From NCBI GenBank assembly GCA_037916085.1, contig JBAIYC010000107.1, positions 1-60,825 on the forward strand: DNA of 60,825 nt, given 5' to 3'. Position numbers and translations under genes: made by a program. This document shows, one piece after another, positions 25,928 to 34,909 of this stretch. The notes below the pieces were generated by a model, which worked only from the letters and a program-made list of their open reading frames with translations, had not been told where the DNA came from and made no database searches. Position 1 is the stretch's first letter. Each line of letters opens with the position of its first letter. The DNA comes from Nitrospirota bacterium (GTDB taxonomy: Bacteria > Nitrospirota > UBA9217).

Positions 25928-27793
25928 ATGCAAAAACCCAGTTCCCGAACAATAGCCGCCGGATTAACAGTGCTCATGACATTGAGCGTTCACCTTGCGG
26001 GATTGCGGAACGAATTCGTTTCGTGGGATGATCCCGACTATGTTCTCAATAATGTGCATATCCGCTCCTGGGGCTTGGAATTCTTCTCCTGGGCCTTCGG
26101 CAGTTTTTCCGCATCCAACTGGCATCCGCTCACGTGGTTTTCCCTGGCGATTGATTACTCTCTCTGGGGATTTCGACCAGCAGGGTATCACCTTACGAAC
26201 ATCGTTCTCCACGGAGCCAACACATTACTGGTCTTTCTCGTCGCTCACCGGCTCATCGTTAACGCCAACCCGCTTCGCATGACGGTTCCGTCCGCGTGCT
26301 CCGGCTTATCTGATCAAAGAACGGTGACTGCAGCCGCGGTCACCGCTCTGCTGTTCGGTCTGCACCCCGTCCACGTGGAGTCTGTCGCGTGGATTTCGGA
26401 ACGGAAGGACGTCCTCTATACATTCTTCTATCTCCTGAGTATCGATACCTACTGTTCCTTCATCATCGGTCGGAGACAGGGGTCCAGTCCCACGAGTAGC
26501 GCGCACTATTGGCTCAGCATCATCTTCTTTGCCCTGGCCCTCATCAGCAAGCCGATGGCCGTGACTCTCCCCCTCGTGCTTCTTGTTCTCGACTGGCATC
26601 CGTTCCGCAGAACGGGTTCACGAACCGCGCTTCTCTCAGCGCTTCGGGAAAAGGTCCCCTTCTTCCTGCTGAGCCTGGGATCCTCCCTTCTGACCATCAT
26701 GGCACAGCGCAGCGGCGAGTCGATTGCATCAATGGCCGGTACGCCAATCGCCGACCGCATTATTACCGCCGTTGACGCCTTCGGAGGCTACCTTTACAAC
26801 ATCCTTCTGCCGATCCGGCTTCAGCCGTACTATCCCTATCTTCTCGAACGGGAGCTGTTCGCGCCGCGTCATTTGATATTCACCGCTCTGTCCGCGGCAA
26901 TGATGGCGTGTTGCGCCATTGCAGCGAAAAGCTCCCGGACGGCAGCCGCCGCCATGCTTTTCAGCGCCATCACGCTCCTGCCGGTCCTGGGCATCGTACA
27001 GGTCGGTGGACAGGCGATGGCGGACCGCTACGTCTACGTGGCAAGCCTCGGTCCCTTTCTCCTTGCAGGGGTTGGCACAGCCGCGTTACTCCAAAACCTC
27101 TCCCGCAGCCGTCCGGACGCAATGACGCAAAGAACCGTCTATACAGCCGGTATCGCGCTCATTGCAGTCCTATGCACTCTGACCGTGAAGCAGACCGGCA
27201 TCTGGAAAGACAGCTCAACGCTCTGGGATAGCGCCGTGCGTTCGCTCCAGCCGGAAGAGCGCCGCTATCGCACGAGCTATGTGGCCTATGTCAACCGCGG
27301 GTACGATTTCCTGCAACGTCAGGAACTCGGTAAGGCATTACGCGATTTCGACCATGCCATCGAATTGTATCCGGCTTCATACGAAGCCTATCACAACAGA
27401 GGGCTCACCTTCTATCGCTCCGGAGATCAACAGAGCGCATTACGCGACATCTCAGTGGCCATCGAACTGCAAAGAAACTATCCGAACGCGTTCAATGACC
27501 GGGGCATCGTTCTAAAGAATCTCAGCCGACTGAGCGAAGCCATCGCTGACTTCAACCAAGCCATCAACCTGAAACCGGATGTCCCCGACTTCTATTTCAA
27601 CAGGGGAAACGCTCTCGCGATGACCGGCCACTATGAGGACGCCATCCGCGATTACACTGCCGCCATCGAGATGAGCAGGATCGGGCATCCCGATTATTTC
27701 ATGAACCGTGCAAAGGTGTTCCGATTCCTCGGGCGCATTGACGAGGCGCAGCGCGATATCGATGCTGCACGCGGCTGGACCGCAGCAGAGTGA
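25928..27793 (+). CDS. GT-C-fold (PMT/TMTC-like) membrane glycosyltransferase with a C-terminal TPR array
   Basis: 621 aa. First-loop acidic motif FVSWDDPDYV. Contains WHPLTWFSLAIDY...GYHLTNIVLHGANT and ESVAWISERKDVLYTFFYLLS (DUF1736-like). About 10 TM helices, then at least 5 TPR units. Confidence 0.75.
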   Translation: MQKPSSRTIAAGLTVLMTLSVHLAGLRNEFVSWDDPDYVLNNVHIRSWGLEFFSWAFGSFSASNWHPLTWFSLAIDYSLWGFRPAGYHLTNIVLHGANTLLVFLVAHRLIVNANPLRMTVPSACSGLSDQRTVTAAAVTALLFGLHPVHVESVAWISERKDVLYTFFYLLSIDTYCSFIIGRRQGSSPTSSAHYWLSIIFFALALISKPMAVTLPLVLLVLDWHPFRRTGSRTALLSALREKVPFFLLSLGSSLLTIMAQRSGESIASMAGTPIADRIITAVDAFGGYLYNILLPIRLQPYYPYLLERELFAPRHLIFTALSAAMMACCAIAAKSSRTAAAAMLFSAITLLPVLGIVQVGGQAMADRYVYVASLGPFLLAGVGTAALLQNLSRSRPDAMTQRTVYTAGIALIAVLCTLTVKQTGIWKDSSTLWDSAVRSLQPEERRYRTSYVAYVNRGYDFLQRQELGKALRDFDHAIELYPASYEAYHNRGLTFYRSGDQQSALRDISVAIELQRNYPNAFNDRGIVLKNLSRLSEAIADFNQAINLKPDVPDFYFNRGNALAMTGHYEDAIRDYTAAIEMSRIGHPDYFMNRAKVFRFLGRIDEAQRDIDAARGWTAAE

Positions 27794-27891
27794 GGTCGGC
27801 AAGGGCTTCGACCTTCGACGTAACTTCCCGTTTGCAGATGGATGTGCATTCCAGACCACATCGGCACTTCCCTGCAAAGAACTATTCCCGC

Positions 27892-27919
27892 TTGCTTTCC
27901 TTGCCACCTTCCGTATAAT
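27892..27919 (+). promoter_or_regulatory. Sigma70-like promoter placed for a leaderless or near-leaderless transcript of the MFS gene
   Basis: TTGCTT (27892-27897), 16-nt spacer, TATAAT (27914-27919). The ATG at 27926 begins 7 nt after the -10 element. Confidence 0.45.
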
Positions 27920-27925
27920 CACTTC

Positions 27926-29185
27926 ATGGACCGCAGGCAGATCCTCAGCTGGTGCCTTTATGATTTTGCGAACTCAAGCTACTCGGCTGTCATCGCTGCG
28001 GTTATCTTCCAAGTCTATTACATCAATGCCATAGTCGGAAATGCTGATGGGAGTGGAGACCTCTGGTGGGGTCGCGCCATTTCTCTCAGCATGCTGGCCG
28101 TTTCCCTCTCCTCGCCCTTTCTCGGAGGCATCGCCGATTATGCGGGGTCGCGCAAACGGCTCCTCGCTGTCTACACCTTCACCTCTGTGACAGCCATTGC
28201 CTGCTTCACCCTGCTCGTACCAGGCGCGATTCTGCTGGGATTCACCCTGATCGTGCTGGCGAACATTGGCATGGAAGGTGGTCTGGTCTTCTACAATTCC
28301 TTCCTTCCCCGGATCGCGCCCGTCGAATATCAGGGCCGCGTCTCCGGCTGGGGGTTCACGATAGGATACGCCGGATCGATCGCATCCCTCCTCATCGCCC
28401 TCCCCCTGGCACGGACCGGCTCGTTCGGTCTCATCTGGATTATGGTTGCTGCCTTCTTTGCGGCCTTCTCGCTGCCTGCGTTCCTGTTCCTTCCCCGGGA
28501 TGCCCCCACAGGAGTATCCTCATCACGGGCAAGCATCATGGGCTTCCGGAGCGCTGTAACGACGCTTCGGGAAGTCTGGTCCCGCCGTGAACCCAGGAAG
28601 TTCCTTCTTGCATACCTTATCTACGAGGACGGCGTGAACACTGTCATCGTATTCTCGAGCAGCCTCGCTGCAACGACCTTTGCCTTTGGACAGACCGAGC
28701 TCATCGCGCTGTACCTCGTTGTCCAGATGACGGCCCTCGTCGGAGCACTCTTCCTGTCGAAACCCACGGACACCTGGGGGCCCAAGAAGGTCGTGCTGAT
28801 TTCCCTCTTTCTCTGGTCCCTCGTCGCGGTCATGGCCTTCTTCGTCAGGAGCAAAGCACAGTTCTGGCTCATCGCGTGCACGGCGGGGCTGGGGCTCGGA
28901 TCGGTCCAGGCAGGCACCCGCGCCTTCTTCACCCAGTTCATCCCCGCGGGCAAGGAGGCGGAGTATTACGGGGTTTATTCCTTTGTCGGAAAATCATCGG
29001 CCATCGTGGGTCCCCTCGTGTTCGGCCAGGTATCCGCGGCCTTCGCAAGCCAGCGGCCGGCCATCCTCTCCATCGCAGCTTTCTTTATTATAGGATTCCT
29101 GCTGCTGCAGCGGGTCAAGGGTGGCGGACCGAACACCGGGCGGCCGCCCCATGATGCGCAGGGTTCCTCCCCTGCCGGCGAGTGA
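27926..29185 (+). CDS. MFS transporter, UMF1/Atg22-like family
   Basis: Start moved from 27842 to the ATG at 27926 (MDRRQILSWCLYDFANSSY, a typical UMF1 N-terminus). About 12 TM helices. Confidence 0.75.
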   Translation: MDRRQILSWCLYDFANSSYSAVIAAVIFQVYYINAIVGNADGSGDLWWGRAISLSMLAVSLSSPFLGGIADYAGSRKRLLAVYTFTSVTAIACFTLLVPGAILLGFTLIVLANIGMEGGLVFYNSFLPRIAPVEYQGRVSGWGFTIGYAGSIASLLIALPLARTGSFGLIWIMVAAFFAAFSLPAFLFLPRDAPTGVSSSRASIMGFRSAVTTLREVWSRREPRKFLLAYLIYEDGVNTVIVFSSSLAATTFAFGQTELIALYLVVQMTALVGALFLSKPTDTWGPKKVVLISLFLWSLVAVMAFFVRSKAQFWLIACTAGLGLGSVQAGTRAFFTQFIPAGKEAEYYGVYSFVGKSSAIVGPLVFGQVSAAFASQRPAILSIAAFFIIGFLLLQRVKGGGPNTGRPPHDAQGSSPAGE

Positions 29186-29245
29186 ACCTCCGCTGGCCGA
29201 TCGCGCTTCGTCGAGCCGCTGAGGGTCCCAGCTAACTCTTTTCCC

Positions 29246-29275
29246 TTGACAGGATATTTGGCCTTCCTTTACAGT
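29246..29275 (+). promoter_or_regulatory. Sigma70-like promoter upstream of the GT2 gene
   Basis: TTGACA (29246-29251), 18-nt spacer, TACAGT (29270-29275). Confidence 0.4.
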
Positions 29276-29327
29276 ACACCATCCCCAGACCTGTCCAGAT
29301 CCCCACCTGTGCCCGTAGAGAGAACCG

Positions 29328-30527
29328 ATGGCAGAACTTCGTCACATCGATGGGACCGATGGCTGTGAAATCTCCATCGTTATGCCTTGTCTCAACGAGG
29401 CCGAGACCATAGCGTCCTGCATCAGGAAGGCCCGGCGTGCGATCGCGGCCGGCAAACTTCGCGCCGAGATCGTCGTCGCCGACAACGGCAGCGCCGACGG
29501 ATCACGCGAGATCGCGGAACGAAACGGCGTCCGCGTCGTGCCAGTCGAGATGAAGGGGTACGGCGCTGCCTTGCGGGAGGGGGTCTTGGCCGCATCAGGA
29601 CGTTACATCATCATCGGAGACAGCGATGACAGCTATGACTTCTCCGCGATCCTCCCCTTTGTCGAGCGGCTCCGCGAGGGCTACGATCTTGTCATGGGAT
29701 GCCGGCTTCCCTCCGGGGGCGGGGCGATCATGCCCGGTGCCATGCCTTGGAAGAACCGCTGGATCGGCAATCCCGCCCTGTCAAGGATGGGTCGGCTCTT
29801 CTTCCGGATCCCGGTGACCGATTTCCACTGCGGCCTTCGCGGGTTCAGCAGAGAAGCCTTCCTGCGGATGAATATGAATACGACGGGAATGGAGTTCGCC
29901 TCGGAGATGGTGATCAAGGCCGGACTCCTGAACATGAGGATCGCAGAACTCCCGGTGACGCTCTATCGTGCAGGACGGTCCCGACCTCCGCATCTGCGCC
30001 CCTGGAAGGACGGCTGGCGGCACCTTCGTTTTATGCTCCTGTACGCTCCCCGATGGCTCTTCCTTCTGCCCGGTATCATGCTCATGTCCATCGGAGCGGT
30101 CTTCTTCGCAGCGCTCCTGCCCGGCCCCCTGACGATCGGTTCGATCCACTTCGACACGAACACGCTGATGGTGTCGGCCATGGCGATCCTTCTCGGTTTC
30201 CAGCTCTGTTCGTTCTATCTGTTCACGCGAAGATTTGCCCTTTCCGAAGGTCTTCTTCCGTCGGGGACGTGGATGAGCAAGCTTTCATCGGTTGCCACGC
30301 TTGAGGGTAGTATTCTTGTCGGCATAGCCATTGCCCTGGGAGGCGGTGCCGTCCTCGCGTCTGCGGCGATCAGCTGGGCGCGGCAGGACTTCGGCCCCCT
30401 TTCCTATCCGGAAAGCCTTCGGCGGGTCATCCCGGGGGTCACCATGATCATCCTGGGCGTGCAATGGTTCTTCTCCAGCTTCTTTATGAGCATCCTGGGC
30501 CTGCCCCGGAACAGAAGCACCAGCTAA
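29328..30527 (+). CDS. Family-2 glycosyltransferase with C-terminal TM helices (polyprenyl-phosphate glycosyltransferase, GtrB/ArnC/DPM1-like)
   Basis: 399 aa. Contains ISIVMPCLNEAETI, VADNGSADGS and IIGDSDDSYDF (DxD). Four C-terminal TM segments. Confidence 0.85.
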   Translation: MAELRHIDGTDGCEISIVMPCLNEAETIASCIRKARRAIAAGKLRAEIVVADNGSADGSREIAERNGVRVVPVEMKGYGAALREGVLAASGRYIIIGDSDDSYDFSAILPFVERLREGYDLVMGCRLPSGGGAIMPGAMPWKNRWIGNPALSRMGRLFFRIPVTDFHCGLRGFSREAFLRMNMNTTGMEFASEMVIKAGLLNMRIAELPVTLYRAGRSRPPHLRPWKDGWRHLRFMLLYAPRWLFLLPGIMLMSIGAVFFAALLPGPLTIGSIHFDTNTLMVSAMAILLGFQLCSFYLFTRRFALSEGLLPSGTWMSKLSSVATLEGSILVGIAIALGGGAVLASAAISWARQDFGPLSYPESLRRVIPGVTMIILGVQWFFSSFFMSILGLPRNRSTS

Positions 30528-30545
30528 ATAACGAAGGGGGGGCCG

Positions 30546-31151
30546 TTGTTCTCGATCATCAAACGTATCCATAATAGCGCGGTCTTCGACCGGCGCGTTC
30601 GAGTGCTGTCGGAGTCGATTGCGAAGCTCGTCCCCCCCGGGTCTTCCGTTCTTGATATCGGATGCGGCAGCGGACAAATCGCGTTCCAGACGATGCGACA
30701 GCGTCAGACCCTAGCCATCCGGGGCCTCGAGCTGTCGCCCAGACCGGGATGCCTCATTGCATGCGATGCCTATGACGGGATCACGATCCCTTGGGCCGAC
30801 AGTTCCTTTGACTGTTGCATGTTCATCGACGTTCTCCACCACACGGACGATATTGCTGCAGTTCTCGCGGAAGCGCGCCGGGTGAGCCGGCGCCATATCC
30901 TGATCAAGGACCATCTCTGCGAGAACCGGTTCGACAGGGCACTGCTCGCGCTTATGGACTGGGTGGGAAACCGCCCTCATAGGGTCAAGCTCACCTACAA
31001 CTATCTCGGCCGCGCCGCATGGGAAGATCTGTTTGAGAAACTCGGTCTGCACATCGAGGAATGGACCAGCAATGTCCCCCTCTATGCGTTTCCCTTGAAT
31101 ATAGTATTCACCGGGGACCTGCACTTTCTCGCGCTCCTGGAAAAGCAGTAA
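30546..31151 (+). CDS. Class I SAM-dependent methyltransferase
   Basis: 201 aa with a TTG start after a G-rich RBS. Motif I VLDIGCGSGQIA; post-I/II FIDVLHH. Confidence 0.75.
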   Translation: MFSIIKRIHNSAVFDRRVRVLSESIAKLVPPGSSVLDIGCGSGQIAFQTMRQRQTLAIRGLELSPRPGCLIACDAYDGITIPWADSSFDCCMFIDVLHHTDDIAAVLAEARRVSRRHILIKDHLCENRFDRALLALMDWVGNRPHRVKLTYNYLGRAAWEDLFEKLGLHIEEWTSNVPLYAFPLNIVFTGDLHFLALLEKQ

Positions 31152-31178
31152 GACCGCCGGCGAGGGGAATAAACAAGG

Positions 31179-31799
31179 ATGCGAGCCTTCGACTATTATC
31201 TTCGTGATTGGCGCTACCGCATGGTTGCGCCGCTCGTTCCGCGGGGCAGCGCCGTTCTGGACATCGGTGGGTATGACGGGTCCTTTCTCCTTCGCATCGC
31301 GGACAAGATCGTCAGCGGCATCTGCATCGACCCTCTGGCGGAATCGCGAACCGCGGGGGTCGTAACGGTCATGCAGGGACGGCTCTCGGAGGCAATCCCG
31401 TTCCCCGATGCATCGTTCGACGTCGTGACGATGATGGCTGTATTCGAACACCTCGGGGCGCATCGAGACGCGATCACCGCCGAAGCGGCGAGGGTGCTCA
31501 AGCCAGGCGGCCTGGCGATTCTAACGATCCCCGCTCCCTTGGTCGATGTCGTCCTGAAGATACTCGAAACGGTCAGGATGGTGGATGCTGACACCCTGGA
31601 CGAGCACCAGCATCTTGATCCCGCGCAGACGGTGGAGCTCTTCGGGCGACACGGTCTTGAACTCAGGCAACGGACACGATTCCAATTGGGCCTCAACAAC
31701 CGGTACGTGTTCCAGAAACGTCGCGCTGCCCAGGCAAAACCGCGCTGGGACCGCCTGACCAGCGCCGAAGAGGAAAGAACGACTTCGAGAGGGCAGTGA
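31179..31799 (+). CDS. Class I SAM-dependent methyltransferase
   Basis: 206 aa. Motif I VLDIGGYDGSF, plus FDVVTMMAVFEHL and LKPGGLAILTIP. Its stop overlaps the next gene's start (ATGA). Confidence 0.75.
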   Translation: MRAFDYYLRDWRYRMVAPLVPRGSAVLDIGGYDGSFLLRIADKIVSGICIDPLAESRTAGVVTVMQGRLSEAIPFPDASFDVVTMMAVFEHLGAHRDAITAEAARVLKPGGLAILTIPAPLVDVVLKILETVRMVDADTLDEHQHLDPAQTVELFGRHGLELRQRTRFQLGLNNRYVFQKRRAAQAKPRWDRLTSAEEERTTSRGQ

Positions 31800-34012
31800 T
31801 GATCAGAACAGAACGCTTATCCACCATGCTCATCACCCTCTTCCTCGCAGCTGTCTTCGTGCTCGCGACGACGAAGACGCATGACACCGATTCATGGATG
31901 CATCTCTCTCTTGGCAGGCTTATCTGGCTGCAGCGGGGCCTGCCTGCAACGGAGACCCAGGTCTTCACCGCCGTCGGGCTTCCGTTCCTGTACACGTCAT
32001 GGCTTTTCGGCCTCGCCCTCTATCTGCTCTATGCCGCCGGCGGCATCAACGCGGTCATTATCGTGAAGGCCTCCATCGTGACCGCGCTCTTCGGCATCCT
32101 GCTGCGTGACGCGCTCCGCCCGGCAAAGAACATCGTCGTTGCGCTCCTCGTCCTGACCGCGACGGTCATCATGGTGCGCCATCGGTTTGTTGAGCGCCCG
32201 GACCTCGTATCCCTCCTTGTCCTCGCATTCACCGTCTTTAGTCTCCGCGCTTTCGTCACCGAGGACAGGCGATACCTCCTCGTGCTGCCGCTGCTGCACC
32301 TGATCTGGGCCAACATGCATTCCGCTGCCGTGCTCATGGTCGTTCCGTACGCGGCCTTTCTGTGCGGCGGTGCTATCGAGCATCACCTCGCGGCGCGGGG
32401 ATACGCCTCCGTCACGGCCCCTGCTCTCCGGCAGCTCAAGATCATCGCCATCCTCTTCGTAGCATCGCTTCTCGCAACGCTCTGCAACCCCCTCGGTCCG
32501 GGGCTCTACACCTTCGGTTCCGACATCCTAGCGACGCCGTATTTCAAGCTCAACATCAGCGAGCTCTGGCCTGCAACGTGGTCCTACTCGAAATGGCCAT
32601 ATCTGTTCGCCGGAGCAGTGGTTCTCTCCTTCGCGCTGAACCGCAGGCCTCTGTCGTTCGTTGACCTTCTCCTGGCGGTACCCTTCCTTGTCCTGCCGTT
32701 CTTCTCGAGACGCTTTATCGTCTACCAAGGTATCATCGCTGGCCCCATCCTTGCCCGGAACATTTCGGTCTGGATCGACATGGCCGGATGGCGCAAACGT
32801 ACGGAAAGCGCTTTCGCCCATTCCATGACTGCCGGGGTTATCATCCTGGGAAGCGTGCTCTCCCTCGTCAACGTTCTCACCGTCGTCGGCATTGAGCCGG
32901 CCGGCCTCGGGATCGACCGCTCCCGGCTTCCCGAGGGAGCGCTCCGTTTCATGGATGCTAGGAACATCGTCGGACGCGTGTTCAACCAGTTCGAATGGGG
33001 AGGCTACATCCTCTTCAGGGATTACCCGAAGAGAACGGTCTATATCGATCCCCGGGGCCGCGTGCCCGCCGATATCCTCGCGAAACAGTATTCGGTCCGC
33101 CATGTCCCTGAAGTGTTCGATGCGCTCGATGCCGAGTACGGCTTCGACGCGGTCCTCGTCAACTATTCCGAGGTGGTGGAGAACGTTGCCTCCCGGGACG
33201 AGCGGTTCGGATATACGTTCTACAATCCGCGATGGGAGCTTGTCTACTGGGACGACGTATCGCTTCTTTTTCTGAAGAAAGGTGGGCGCTATGACGACGT
33301 CGTCCGTGCCTACGCTTACCAGCAAGTGCGGCCGGACCATACTCCCATCCCCGCAGCCACGCTCGATCCGGGCAGACTCTCCCGGGCATTCGCCGAGGTG
33401 GAACGAAACATCAAAGAGACGGGCTCGTCATGGGTAAACTCTTTGTACCTCGGTGCGCTCTACAACGGCTCCGGCGACTTCAATCGTGCTGTCGCCGTTC
33501 TGCTGCCCCTGCGTGACCGGACGATGTTCGATCATGCAGTGGTAGAAGAAGCGCTGGCGTACGCCTACGACCAGATGGGAGAACCGGCCAAGGCGAGGGA
33601 TGCCTATCTCCGGGCATTCGGCTCGAGCGCTTCGGACGCCCTCTCCCGCGCCGGGAATGAGCACCTCCGCAGAGGACTTCAGGCGTACACCGCCGGGAAC
33701 ACGCGGGAAGCCGAGAGCGAGTTCGAAAAGGCCGTCATTCTCGACCCACGCAGTGCCGTCGCCCAGAGCAACCTCGGTTTTGCGCTCTACGACCGGGGAG
33801 ACGACGCCTCTGCCTTTGCCCGTCAGTCCCTCGCCATCAAGATCGATCCTGACTATGCCAACGCACACTATGGGCTCGCTCTTATCTATAAGCGGCAGCG
33901 GAATGCCCGCAAGGCCCGCCAGCAATGGGAGACCTACATCCGGCTCGAGCCGAACGGACATTTCGCCGACAGGGCGCGGGAGGAGCTCCGTGTTCTCGAA
34001 AGCTCCCGCTGA
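31796..34012 (+). CDS. Large polytopic membrane protein (GT-C-like) with a C-terminal TPR domain
   Basis: 738 aa. First extracytoplasmic loop carries HDTDSWMH (acidic DxD-like). At least 10 TM helices. C-terminal TPR units (AQSNLGFALYDRGD..., AHYGLALIYKRQRN...). Confidence 0.65.
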   Translation: MMIRTERLSTMLITLFLAAVFVLATTKTHDTDSWMHLSLGRLIWLQRGLPATETQVFTAVGLPFLYTSWLFGLALYLLYAAGGINAVIIVKASIVTALFGILLRDALRPAKNIVVALLVLTATVIMVRHRFVERPDLVSLLVLAFTVFSLRAFVTEDRRYLLVLPLLHLIWANMHSAAVLMVVPYAAFLCGGAIEHHLAARGYASVTAPALRQLKIIAILFVASLLATLCNPLGPGLYTFGSDILATPYFKLNISELWPATWSYSKWPYLFAGAVVLSFALNRRPLSFVDLLLAVPFLVLPFFSRRFIVYQGIIAGPILARNISVWIDMAGWRKRTESAFAHSMTAGVIILGSVLSLVNVLTVVGIEPAGLGIDRSRLPEGALRFMDARNIVGRVFNQFEWGGYILFRDYPKRTVYIDPRGRVPADILAKQYSVRHVPEVFDALDAEYGFDAVLVNYSEVVENVASRDERFGYTFYNPRWELVYWDDVSLLFLKKGGRYDDVVRAYAYQQVRPDHTPIPAATLDPGRLSRAFAEVERNIKETGSSWVNSLYLGALYNGSGDFNRAVAVLLPLRDRTMFDHAVVEEALAYAYDQMGEPAKARDAYLRAFGSSASDALSRAGNEHLRRGLQAYTAGNTREAESEFEKAVILDPRSAVAQSNLGFALYDRGDDASAFARQSLAIKIDPDYANAHYGLALIYKRQRNARKARQQWETYIRLEPNGHFADRAREELRVLESSR

Positions 34013-34042
34013 ACGCTGTCGAGAACGGCCGGCCTTTTTCCC

Positions 34043-34071
34043 TTGACAAATCGGGGGCTTCACCTTATAAT
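34043..34071 (+). promoter_or_regulatory. Perfect-consensus sigma70 promoter for yceD-rpmF-plsX...
   Basis: TTGACA (34043-34048), 17-nt spacer, TATAAT (34066-34071). Confidence 0.7.
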
Positions 34072-34100
34072 TCCTGACTCTGGCCCCGAAGGCTGGCACT

Positions 34101-34631
34101 ATGGCCATCAAGATCAGCGACATTCCGCCTCAGGGGATCACCCTCGACGTCGATGACAGGACCGACCTTGCAGAGAACGGCCAGGCCACCGCGCATTTCA
34201 AAGCGATAGTGACCATCAAGCCGGAACCGAAGGGCATCTTCCACGTCACCGGGAACGTGAACGCCGAGACCGAGCTCGAGTGCAGCCGTTGCCTGAGGAG
34301 ATTTCCGTTCACCGTCAGGGATGCTGAGTTCAACTTCGACCTTCTCCCTGAAGGGTCCCTGAAGACGTCTGCGGAGCATGAACTCGGCAGGTCCGAGTTG
34401 GATACGGAATTCTACCGCGGCGAAGAGATAGAGCCAAAGGACCTTATCCGCGAACAGATACTGCTCGCACTTCCCATGGTGCCGGTTCACCGTCAGGACT
34501 GCAAGGGCCTCTGTCCGATCTGTGGCGCAGACCGGAACGAGAAGGAGTGCGGCTGTTCCCGTGACGCGCCGGTGAAGGAGGAAAACCCCTTCGCCGTACT
34601 GAAAGAGATCATTAAACCGAAAAAGGAGTAG
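34101..34631 (+). CDS. yceD: YceD/DUF177 family protein (large-subunit rRNA accumulation protein)
   Basis: 176 aa. Contains CSRCL...and C-terminal CKGLCPICGADRNEKECGC. Sits in the conserved position upstream of rpmF. Confidence 0.85.
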   Translation: MAIKISDIPPQGITLDVDDRTDLAENGQATAHFKAIVTIKPEPKGIFHVTGNVNAETELECSRCLRRFPFTVRDAEFNFDLLPEGSLKTSAEHELGRSELDTEFYRGEEIEPKDLIREQILLALPMVPVHRQDCKGLCPICGADRNEKECGCSRDAPVKEENPFAVLKEIIKPKKE

Positions 34632-34639
34632 CAACGGAA

Positions 34640-34822
34640 ATGGCAAACCCAAAACACAGGATATCCAAGTCCCGCCGCGACAAGCGCCGCACCCACAAGT
34701 ACCTCAAGGCGCCGAACCTTACGGTCTGCCCGCAGTGCCAGGAAGTGAAGAAGCCACACCACGCCTGCATGTCCTGCGGAACCTACAACGGCCGCGAGGT
34801 CGTGGCTGTCCAGCAGATCTAA
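34640..34822 (+). CDS. rpmF: 50S ribosomal protein L32
   Basis: 60 aa. Begins MANPKHRISKSRRDKRR and contains CPQC...CMSCG. Confidence 0.95.
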   Translation: MANPKHRISKSRRDKRRTHKYLKAPNLTVCPQCQEVKKPHHACMSCGTYNGREVVAVQQI

Positions 34823-34836
34823 CGTCGTACCTCATG

Positions 34837-34890
34837 AAGGCAAAGCGCGGGTCCTGCTCCCTGCAGGATGCCCCTTTGCCTTTTGTCTTG
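34837..34890 (+). terminator. Two-tier hairpin plus T-run between rpmF and plsX (partial terminator or attenuator)
   Basis: Outer stem AAGGCAAAG/CTTTGCCTT and inner stem TCCTGC/GCAGGA, followed by TTTTGTCTT. Confidence 0.45.
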
Positions 34891-34909
34891 CCAGGAGCAT
34901 TCGCACGTG

